From positions 1 to 25,319 of the forward strand of contig JAEORO010000049.1 in assembly GCA_016840855.1 (NCBI GenBank): a DNA stretch of 25,319 nt, read 5' to 3'. Each line of letters opens with the position of its first letter. The stretch's first letter is position 1. The translations under genes and the position numbers were made by a program. The notes beneath the pieces are model-generated. The model saw nothing but the letters and a program-made list of their open reading frames with translations, had not been told where the DNA came from and did no database searches. Positions 17,953 through 25,319 of the stretch are shown here, one piece after another. The stretch is from Candidatus Thorarchaeota archaeon. Its GTDB lineage: Archaea; Asgardarchaeota; Thorarchaeia; Thorarchaeales; Thorarchaeaceae.

Positions 17953-18993
17953 ATGAGCCAAGCGTGGCTAAAGGACAATACGAAGCGCTATGCTTTCAAG
18001 AAACTAGAACGGGAGATAGTCCAAACAGGTGCCTGTGTAGAATGTGGGTCCTGCGTTGCGGGCTGCCCTGTAGATGCTCTTACTGGAGAGCGTGTTGAAA
18101 GCAAATATACTCCTACTCTTACTGGTAAGTGTACATCCTGTGGAATCTGCTATGCTATGTGTCCGAGAATAGCGATGCTTGAGAAAGATATCATTGGAGA
18201 ATATAGAAGTGTTTGGAAAGTGAAAGCACTTGATGGTCACAGACGACAAGATGGAGGAGCGGTCACAGCAATTCTTGGAGCAATGCTTGATAAGAAACTG
18301 ATAGAGGCTGCAATTGTTGTTGGACACTCTAAAGATAATCTATGGTTACCTGCCGCAAAGAAAGTCACGACAAAAGATGAACTGTTGACATCGGGAGGAA
18401 CGTTCTATACTCATGCACAGGTCGTAGAACAAATGACCAACTGTTTCAAAGAGAACCTTTCAAACATAGGAATAGTTGGAACAGCGTGCAATATTGATGG
18501 AATACATAGATTGCAGTCGCATCCAGGCAGCATCTTCAATGTTGATCCTAAACCACCTACTGCATTCAAAGTGAGTCTCTTCTGTATGGAGTCATTTGAT
18601 TACAAAGGGCTAGTAGAATTCCTAAAGAAAGAAGAAATCGACATCAACAAGGTGGAAAGGTTTGCAATTGCGAAGGGAGAATTCATGGTCACAGTTGGGA
18701 GGGAAACAAAGAATTGGCCAATTAAAGATCTAGATTATATTGCATCTTCCTCGTGTGCATATTGTACAGACTTCACTGGAATGAACTCGGATCTTTCTTG
18801 CGGAAATATTGGTTCTGATGACGGATGGACAACAGTCATAGTTCGAAGTAAACAGGGAGAACAAGCATTAAAGTTAGCGATAGAAGAGGGCATAATTGAA
18901 GCTGAAAAGCTCGATGAAAATGCAATTCAAGCGGTGATCAACACAGCTCGTTCTAAGATGCATAAAAGGTACAAACTTGAGTCACCTCATTAA
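17953..18993 (+). CDS. Coenzyme F420 hydrogenase/dehydrogenase beta subunit family (FrhB/FpoF-like) with N-terminal 2x[4Fe-4S] ferredoxin
   Basis: CVECGSCVAGCP, CTSCGICYAMCP, QDGGAVTA, VGTAC, SLFCMESF, CAYCTDF...SDLSCGNIGS.DGWTTVIVRS. Start taken as ATG 17953 (ORF track 17896). Confidence 0.92.
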   Translation: MSQAWLKDNTKRYAFKKLEREIVQTGACVECGSCVAGCPVDALTGERVESKYTPTLTGKCTSCGICYAMCPRIAMLEKDIIGEYRSVWKVKALDGHRRQDGGAVTAILGAMLDKKLIEAAIVVGHSKDNLWLPAAKKVTTKDELLTSGGTFYTHAQVVEQMTNCFKENLSNIGIVGTACNIDGIHRLQSHPGSIFNVDPKPPTAFKVSLFCMESFDYKGLVEFLKKEEIDINKVERFAIAKGEFMVTVGRETKNWPIKDLDYIASSSCAYCTDFTGMNSDLSCGNIGSDDGWTTVIVRSKQGEQALKLAIEEGIIEAEKLDENAIQAVINTARSKMHKRYKLESPH

Positions 18994-19059
18994 GTGCTTC
19001 TATGAAAAAAGGTAGAGTGAGATTGACTGATTTGATAAGAGTCTATGACCTAAGGAGGA

Positions 19060-19578
19060 GTGATGACGAACAATATATTACTCGCAGGTAAACCGGGAAT
19101 TGGGAAAACAACAGCGATCAAGCGTATTATTGAGAAGCTTGATCCAGATGAGTTCTCTGGATTCTATTCAAGAGAAATTAGAGAAGAAGGGAAACGTGTA
19201 GGATTTGTTCTCGAAACATTTTCAGGAAAATCAGGGATACTTGCACATGTAAATAGTAGTTCAGTCCATAGGGTAAGCAAATACGGGGTCAACATCAAAG
19301 ACATTAATGCGATCGCGGTTCCGGAACTTCAACTAGCCAGAGAAACAGGGAAAATAATCATCATTGATGAAATTGCCAAAATGGAGCTCTTCTCAAGGCT
19401 GTTTGCAAGTGAGGTAACGGAATGCTTGAATACAAAACGAGTACTTGGTACAATCCAGCAAAGAAATCATCCGTTCCTCGATGAAATCAAGTCTCGACCC
19501 GATGTCCAGCTAATAGAGCTGATGATGGAGAACCGTGACCAAATTCCTATGCATGTTCTGAAGATTCTGAAGGTGTAG
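19060..19578 (+). CDS. Nucleoside triphosphatase, THEP1/NTPase_1 family
   Basis: GKPGIGKTT, GFYSREIRE.GKRVGF, RVSKYGV and IIIIDEIAKMEL. AAGGAGG SD upstream. Confidence 0.92.
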   Translation: MMTNNILLAGKPGIGKTTAIKRIIEKLDPDEFSGFYSREIREEGKRVGFVLETFSGKSGILAHVNSSSVHRVSKYGVNIKDINAIAVPELQLARETGKIIIIDEIAKMELFSRLFASEVTECLNTKRVLGTIQQRNHPFLDEIKSRPDVQLIELMMENRDQIPMHVLKILKV

Positions 19579-19583
19579 AATAA

Positions 19584-21341
19584 TTACCTGGTTTTAGTTC
19601 TGAAATATAGAACAAAGAGTACCAATAGGGATAGAGAACCGAATAACACTACTGCGATATATAGAAGCGGTGGTACTCTATTACTAGCCTGAGGAACAAT
19701 TTCAACAGCAATCCAACCAGTATCAGTCAATAGATGAACAGAGGAATTATCCTGAGCAATGACCTTGAACCAGACCACAGACCCGTGTGTATACTCACCA
19801 AGTGAGGCTGTGAAGATGTTTACTATCTCAGACTGTGTCATATTTTTCGTTTCGAATTCGAAATCCTCAGATTCTGGATCTCCAACACCCCACTGAATCT
19901 CGAAACTGCGTATGTTGTTCAAGTCCCAAACATAAGCTTGAACCGAGAGATTATTGGATGTGAGTGTGGTGTAGGTTTGTAACGAACGGACCTGCGCAAT
20001 AATTGGAGGATGTGCATCTGGCGTGACTTCAACCCGAATCAATGAGAATGCACTATGATTGAAGAAGTCGGTGTAGGTCATATTATAATCATAAACACCA
20101 ACTCTGAAATGGTCTACTTGGAGAGTGAAGTTCTCTCCCCGCCAAGTGCCATCATTAAGAACCTCGCCATTCAATGTGAGGTTGAAGAGTTTTGGATTAC
20201 TCTCCTCAACTGTCCAATTGATAGAATATCCAGAATACCCTTCTTCATATGAGAGGTCACCAGACGAAGTTATGATGGGGGCTCGAACATCGCGATATAC
20301 AGTAACATTGACTGAGTCGTTTGTCATTCTACCAAAATCGTCAAAGAGTGTTAATGTTATGGTATAGTTACCAAGAAAGAGACCATCAACATTAGCTATG
20401 ATATTCCCTCCGTTGGGATCTGAAAAAGTCCAATTTGGTTCTACTTTATCAATAAATGTATGAAACTCGGAATAATTACCATATAGTGTGTCATTATACA
20501 AAATAACAGCGCTAATAGAGTAATTCTTTGGATTGCTATCGTATGCATGCCAAAGAATTTCATAGCCTTCGTCACCAAACTCATACGATATATCTCCAGG
20601 AGAAGTGATTGTTGGAAATGTTGCATCTACTAAAACAGTCACATTCACATAGCTTGTTGCGTTCCGACCAAATGTATCATTTACAAATAAGGAATAAAGA
20701 TACCATCGAGATGCATTTAATCCATCGACACCGATTGTGATATTTTGTCCACTCCAAGTGCCAAATTCAATCACTGTTGAATTGTTGGTTGGCTCGTTTG
20801 AGATTCGAGAGATATTATAGGTGTCAGGATTTGATTCAGTTATATTCCAACGGATCACATGTCCAAAACTACCAACCTCATAAGTGATGTTCGCAGGTTG
20901 GGCAATAATTGGTGCGGTTTCATCTAGAATGATTGTGATAGTTGTTGTTGCGGATGCACTTTCTCCAGCCTGATTATAGACTTTACAAACCATCGTGAGT
21001 ACTTTTGGAAGTGTATTAACTAGACCATCCCTATATAACCAAACAAGGAATACAGTGATATCATCGCCGTCCCAAATACCGGAGTCCAACAAATGCCCAT
21101 CAACAGTCACCGTATAGTTCTTTGGATTAGGATCACTAGCATGATAAACAATGGTGCGTCCTATAGTTCCATTCTCGAACTGGTAGGTAGTGGGTCCAGT
21201 GATTGTTGGAGCTGCAAGCTCCATTATAGATACCAGGTTAAATGAATGATCTAGATTGCTTGTTGTTAAAACGTAAGGCGATAATACAAGCAACGCAAAC
21301 AGGACCCCAATTGCAGTGTTGCGACGATTGAATGAAACCAT
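19584..21341 (-). CDS. Secreted, C-terminally anchored surface protein with tandem ~100-aa Ig-like repeats
   Basis: N-terminal signal/TM (RRNTAIGVLFALLVLSP). Four repeats starting P-x-I...Y/F-E-x-G..G..I.W...D/E-S/P-NP. Many sequons; C-terminal TM followed by RTKTR. Start taken as ATG 21341. Confidence 0.85.
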   Translation of the reverse strand: MVSFNRRNTAIGVLFALLVLSPYVLTTSNLDHSFNLVSIMELAAPTITGPTTYQFENGTIGRTIVYHASDPNPKNYTVTVDGHLLDSGIWDGDDITVFLVWLYRDGLVNTLPKVLTMVCKVYNQAGESASATTTITIILDETAPIIAQPANITYEVGSFGHVIRWNITESNPDTYNISRISNEPTNNSTVIEFGTWSGQNITIGVDGLNASRWYLYSLFVNDTFGRNATSYVNVTVLVDATFPTITSPGDISYEFGDEGYEILWHAYDSNPKNYSISAVILYNDTLYGNYSEFHTFIDKVEPNWTFSDPNGGNIIANVDGLFLGNYTITLTLFDDFGRMTNDSVNVTVYRDVRAPIITSSGDLSYEEGYSGYSINWTVEESNPKLFNLTLNGEVLNDGTWRGENFTLQVDHFRVGVYDYNMTYTDFFNHSAFSLIRVEVTPDAHPPIIAQVRSLQTYTTLTSNNLSVQAYVWDLNNIRSFEIQWGVGDPESEDFEFETKNMTQSEIVNIFTASLGEYTHGSVVWFKVIAQDNSSVHLLTDTGWIAVEIVPQASNRVPPLLYIAVVLFGSLSLLVLFVLYFRTKTR

Positions 21342-21543
21342 GTTACAAACTTCCATAATGTTTGTATTAGGACTTGTTGACCGCTCGAACTTCTTGGTGC
21401 GGTTTTATACCCTTCGGTGATTGACATCTTGTACACGATAACTAAAGGGTATCTATATAACAAACGCTGATAAGATGGATTGCAATTTCAAAACGCAAGC
21501 AGCTCTATCTAAAACGGGACTAATAAGACACGGGGAAGAAAAA

Positions 21544-22455
21544 GTGCCTAAGGCAATTTACTCGATATGGTGGGATGACAATCTCGGCCCTTCAGTAGGG
21601 CGCTCATATCCTGAAATGGATAGTTTAACAAGCGAGGAAGCCTTAATCATTTTCATGGGGCATGGAGTAAATCGAGAAGCTGAAATAGGATATTCAAAAT
21701 TGCCTCGTGGACTAGCCATTTCATATATGAAACCACCCAACTGCATAGCTATCCTTCTTGACCAAGAAGACAACGCATCAGCAATAGAGCGGAACCTCCT
21801 CAGACTCGTGAAGTATATTGATTTCAATAGTGACAAATGGGACACAGAGCTTCAAAGAGCATTTGAATTGCTTCATGAATTAATTGACGAAACAAGTGGA
21901 GCTGGTCTCTTAACAAATCCAGGAGTAAAGAAACTTGTTGAAGATATGCTAGAAAAAAGAGTTTCTGTAATAACTCCAAAACATGTTCTAAGAGCATCAG
22001 TCAGATATCCTGATGCGTATGACTACTTTGGGACCGACGATGACGAAGTAGTAAGAATACTGAAAGACTTGGAGGAAGAGGACATACTTGTGTCACGTAC
22101 ATATGGACGACGAGTGGAGTGCAGACAGTGTGGGGAGTCAGATCTTATTGTCGAGCTTCTTTGTCCTCGCTGCGACTCAAATGACATTCACAAAGTATAC
22201 ACACTCTTCTGTCCAAAATGTAGTAACCAATTTCATGCAGTTCTGATGGATGACATAGCTGAAGTCACTTGCTTAAGCTGCAAGCAACCAGTAAAAGTCA
22301 GTGAACTCGCAATCTTGGATGTAGAACCTCTCTGTAATCACTGTGGCACTGCATCTAATGACCCTAGAATTGTCTTTCGTTGTGCTAGTTGTGGAAAGCA
22401 TCTGCGTGGTGCGGATCTTTTAGCTGGTACAGGTTTAGCATATTATCAAAAATAA
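21544..22455 (+). CDS. Longin/uDENN-like N-terminal domain fused to a TackOD1-like (wHTH plus multiple zinc ribbons) domain
   Basis: N-terminal AIYSIWWDDNLGPSVGRSYP (uDENN-type FD-x3-GP-x5-YP). C-terminal YP...ILKDLEEEDIL then six CxxC pairs (CRQC, CPRC, CPKC, CLSC, CNHC, CASC). Start probably GTG 21544 (ORF track 21475). Confidence 0.7.
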   Translation: MPKAIYSIWWDDNLGPSVGRSYPEMDSLTSEEALIIFMGHGVNREAEIGYSKLPRGLAISYMKPPNCIAILLDQEDNASAIERNLLRLVKYIDFNSDKWDTELQRAFELLHELIDETSGAGLLTNPGVKKLVEDMLEKRVSVITPKHVLRASVRYPDAYDYFGTDDDEVVRILKDLEEEDILVSRTYGRRVECRQCGESDLIVELLCPRCDSNDIHKVYTLFCPKCSNQFHAVLMDDIAEVTCLSCKQPVKVSELAILDVEPLCNHCGTASNDPRIVFRCASCGKHLRGADLLAGTGLAYYQK

Positions 22456-22513
22456 TAAACCACAACAGTTTTGTCGAGCGATGCATTGCGACAGAGAGGA
22501 GTGAGTTGACAAT

Positions 22514-23380
22514 ATGTCAGAAACCACAATAAATGTAGGCGTGATCAAGCTTGGTGCTATAGCTTCTGCACCACTTCTTGATTTGATATTTGATGAACGA
22601 GCAGAACGAGATGACATCAATGTTCGAGCTTTTACAAGCGGTGCGAAGATGGATGAGAATTCAAGCACTGGCCCTGCAGAGTTGGCAATTGCATGGAAAC
22701 CACATCTTGTTCTAGTCGTCAGTCCAAACGCAGCTCTTCCGGGACCAACAAAAGTTAGAGAGATGTTGGCTAAAGCTAAACTTCCAACAATTACAATCTC
22801 AGATGGTCCTGCAGAGAAAGCATTCTTCAAGAAAGATGCAGAAGGAAAGAAACAGCTCCATGTCCTCGATGGTCAAGGCTTCATTGTAATTCCAGCAGAC
22901 TCTATGATAGGTGCAAAGAAGGAATTTCTTGATCCAACTGAAATGTCATTGTTCAACGCGGATGCAATAAAAGTCCTTTCGATTACAGGTGTTGTGAGAG
23001 CAATACAGCACGAGCTTGATACTGTAATTGCGGCACTTCAAAATGGCGAAACCCCTAAGATGCCTATGATCAAACTTACAGCTGAAGAGATAGTCAAGTG
23101 TGGATATTTCAAGAATCCCTATGCAAAAGCGAAAGCGATTGCAGCACTCACAATATCAGAAGCAGTTGCAGAAATTACATCTAAGGGATGCTTCAAGACA
23201 AAAGAAGCAGATGATTATATCCCGCTTGTGGCAGCAGGACATGAGATGATGAGAGTAGCAGCAAAGCTAGCTGACGAAATACGTGAGCTAGAAAAGGCTG
23301 GAGACTCGGTTCTCAGGAATCCTCATGTATCAAAGGGCAAGGTAAAGACAAAGACATCTTTGATGGATAAGCCGAAGTAG
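22514..23380 (+). CDS. mtd: F420-dependent methylenetetrahydromethanopterin dehydrogenase
   Basis: IKLGAIAS..LLDLIFDERAERDDI..R.FTSGAKM, VSPNAALPGP, DSMIGAKKEFLDPTEMSLFNAD, F.NPYAKAKAIAA, GCF and YIPLVAAGHEMMR. Confidence 0.95.
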   Translation: MSETTINVGVIKLGAIASAPLLDLIFDERAERDDINVRAFTSGAKMDENSSTGPAELAIAWKPHLVLVVSPNAALPGPTKVREMLAKAKLPTITISDGPAEKAFFKKDAEGKKQLHVLDGQGFIVIPADSMIGAKKEFLDPTEMSLFNADAIKVLSITGVVRAIQHELDTVIAALQNGETPKMPMIKLTAEEIVKCGYFKNPYAKAKAIAALTISEAVAEITSKGCFKTKEADDYIPLVAAGHEMMRVAAKLADEIRELEKAGDSVLRNPHVSKGKVKTKTSLMDKPK

Positions 23381-23388
23381 TTCCTTTG

Positions 23389-24972
23389 CTACTTCTTCTT
23401 CTTAACTGTCTTCTTGACTACCTTCCGAGCATCCTTCAATAGCTTTTCTGCACGAGCGACAGTTAATCCCTCAACTTTCTGGGCTAGCCTTTGAGCTGAT
23501 TCGCCAGCTAGCTGTGCGGCGGACTCATATCCCGCCGCATTAAGTTTTTTCTCCAAACTTGCACCGATACCAGGAACTCTACGAAGGGGAAGTGTTTCCC
23601 TAAATTCAGAACCAAGAATTGCATCAACCTCGTTATCACTGAGATCTGCCCCTGCATCGATGATATCTATTTGGCTTCGGATGGATGCGAAGTCATCAGC
23701 TTTCACAAACGCATCCACTGTTCTTTTGACTTGCTTGTCGTCAAAATCAAAATCAAGATCTTCCATCTCGATTTCTCTTCCAAGAGTTGTTGGCAAAGGA
23801 CCGGTTAAGTACAAGGCTCCAAGAGATAACACTATAGCAACTTGACCGCCTACTGCTGGTAACCAATCTGGCGAACCAAATGTCACGCCAAACAAGACAA
23901 CATTGAGGTCCAGTGCCCAAAATAGAGTCATGTAACCAAGAAAGAAGAACCAATACAATGAGAGTCGAAATCCCCTTGTTCTAACTGAACCAAGCTCAGG
24001 CCATATTAAAAGCAAACATAACCCAAGTAGATAACCTTCCACAAACCTCTCAGAAATTAGAAGAAGAAATAGATTACCGGTATCATAAAGCGTAGAACCG
24101 AAAATTGTCAGCAAACCAATGATTAGAATGACAAAACGAAATGCTGTTTTTCGACCAAGACGATCCGACATAACACCTGCAAGGATAATCGATACAACAA
24201 AAGGCACCATTTCATAGAGACCAATGTTGACCTCAAGACTCAGTGATACAACTGGAGGATCAAGACCTAATAATTTCTGTTTAGTAACAGTATACCAGAG
24301 AAGATGCGCTCCTAGAATAAATGTCATAGGGATGAAATATTTGAATGGACTGCCTGAGATTGCTAGTGATGCACGAGCGAGTTTCCATGGTCTGAAAGCA
24401 GCTGAAAGAATCACAGCAATCAATGAACTGAAAGCAGGGACAGCAATTGTGTTCACTAGAACGGTAGCGATTACTAAACTATCAATATATGTAAAGACAG
24501 AGTAAGTGATTATTGACATCGCAAGAAAAATTGTAACAGTTCTTCCACGGAAACGAACAACAAAGCTCTGATTGATTCGTATAGACCATGAAATCAGCAG
24601 CAAAGCAAGACAACCAAAAGTACTTGTAGCCAGCATTATAGGATACATGTCAGAAAACCCAGGTATGATTTCAGACACACTAAGAATTCCTACTAGGCTC
24701 GGTAATATTGCAGCAAGATACATCAAAAAGTCATGTTTTCGTACACGATCAACAAGTAGTCCTGAAAGAGGTAGCACTATCGTAGCTGTCAGAGCACCAT
24801 ATCCAAGAAGTCCATGATGTTCAAGTATTGTTAGACCGAGGTAGCTGAATAGAGTTCCAGATAAGAGACCTGTGATTACATAGATCGAGAAACCCAATGG
24901 AATAGAAAGCAATACATAGATAATCATAGTCTTCAATGGAAAATCACGATACTCAAGCAAGTCAGTGTCCAC
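23389..24972 (-). CDS. MFS-like membrane protein fused to a C-terminal helix-hairpin-helix domain
   Basis: About 12 TM segments with GLLVDRVRK and GVMSDRLGRK (motif A copies), an acidic linker, then LRRVPGIGASLEKKLNAAGYES...VEGLTVARAEKL (HhH pair) and a basic tail. Confidence 0.8.
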   Translation of the reverse strand: MDTDLLEYRDFPLKTMIIYVLLSIPLGFSIYVITGLLSGTLFSYLGLTILEHHGLLGYGALTATIVLPLSGLLVDRVRKHDFLMYLAAILPSLVGILSVSEIIPGFSDMYPIMLATSTFGCLALLLISWSIRINQSFVVRFRGRTVTIFLAMSIITYSVFTYIDSLVIATVLVNTIAVPAFSSLIAVILSAAFRPWKLARASLAISGSPFKYFIPMTFILGAHLLWYTVTKQKLLGLDPPVVSLSLEVNIGLYEMVPFVVSIILAGVMSDRLGRKTAFRFVILIIGLLTIFGSTLYDTGNLFLLLISERFVEGYLLGLCLLLIWPELGSVRTRGFRLSLYWFFFLGYMTLFWALDLNVVLFGVTFGSPDWLPAVGGQVAIVLSLGALYLTGPLPTTLGREIEMEDLDFDFDDKQVKRTVDAFVKADDFASIRSQIDIIDAGADLSDNEVDAILGSEFRETLPLRRVPGIGASLEKKLNAAGYESAAQLAGESAQRLAQKVEGLTVARAEKLLKDARKVVKKTVKKKK

Positions 24973-25087
24973 CTTTCACAAAATGCGAATCATTAACTAG
25001 TTATGGATGTTTCGGGCTATAGTGCAAATTCATAGGCGATATGTTAAAGACACATCAGAATCAGGACAGAAGAAGGAGAGAAAATGT

Positions 25088-25319
25088 TTGCTCGAAAGAC
25101 TTGGCGTTCAAGAGTTTATGGTTCTCACAAGTGGAGGAACTCCAATCTTCCACTTTTCAAATACTGAAACGAGAAAGCTAGACGAGTTGTTGTCAGGTTT
25201 TCTAAGTGCCATTACAAGCTTTGCAGCCGAGTTTGGAGAGAAATCAGTTCAAAGATTATCTTTCGAAGGGTCAGAACTTCTGTATGAGCAGTATGGAACA
25301 GACTATCTCTTTATCTTCC
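25088..25319 (+). CDS. Longin-like domain protein (partial; runs off the right edge)
   Basis: Not in the ORF track. From TTG 25088 (AAGGAG SD upstream) I translate MLERLGVQEFMVLTSGGTPIFHFSNTETRKLDELLSGFLSAITSFAAEFGEKSVQRLSFEGSELLYEQYGTDYLFIF. The beta-beta-alpha(LLSGFLSAITSF)-beta-beta-beta pattern is typical of Asgard longin domains. Confidence 0.8.
   Translation, partial: MLERLGVQEFMVLTSGGTPIFHFSNTETRKLDELLSGFLSAITSFAAEFGEKSVQRLSFEGSELLYEQYGTDYLFIF

Noticed and set aside
17953-18993. Evidence for an F420 hydrogenase operon or methanogenesis
   Set aside because: No frhA/frhG or mcr genes in the window; FrhB-family and mtd genes are common in non-methanogenic archaea.
413-24817. Short nested or antisense ORFs in the track (e.g. 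979..1191, 7077..7358, 10785..11123, 18004..18327, 22435..22830, 24224..24505)
   Set aside because: They overlap well-supported longer genes and show no recognisable motifs.
24987-25003. GAATCATTAA shared with the region upstream of the 371..673 gene, plus palindrome TAACTAGTTA
   Set aside because: Short AT-rich matches explained by generic promoter composition or chance.
1-25319. CRISPR array, tRNA/rRNA, IS element or provirus
   Set aside because: No spaced direct repeats, RNA-gene signatures, transposase, integrase or capsid motifs seen; intergenic gaps are all about 200 nt or less.

Overview
Gene-dense archaeal chromosomal window, most likely Asgard archaea (Thorarchaeia-like). This assignment is inferred from gene content: longin/uDENN-like, gelsolin-like and C4HC3 zinc-finger proteins sit beside F420/H4MPT C1 genes (mtd, FrhB family). 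There are 18 supportable CDSs; two are truncated at the window edges and absent from the supplied ORF track (a PRC-barrel protein on the left, a longin-domain protein on the right). I found no rRNA, tRNA, CRISPR array or mobile element. Main points of interest: (1) an overlapping stand-alone NurA-like nuclease (with a winged-helix insertion) and HerA ATPase pair without adjacent mre11/rad50; (2) a three-gene cluster of a rifampin-phosphotransferase/PigC-architecture dikinase, a CrtC/lipocalin-like beta-barrel protein and a histidine-phosphatase homolog lacking its catalytic motif; (3) a longin/uDENN-TackOD1 fusion; (4) an MFS-helix-hairpin-helix fusion; (5) a glycogen-debranching-enzyme homolog with degenerate catalytic motifs; (6) a bacterial-type ribA divergent from an F420-binding subunit gene. 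All family calls come from motif recognition by eye; no searches were run.
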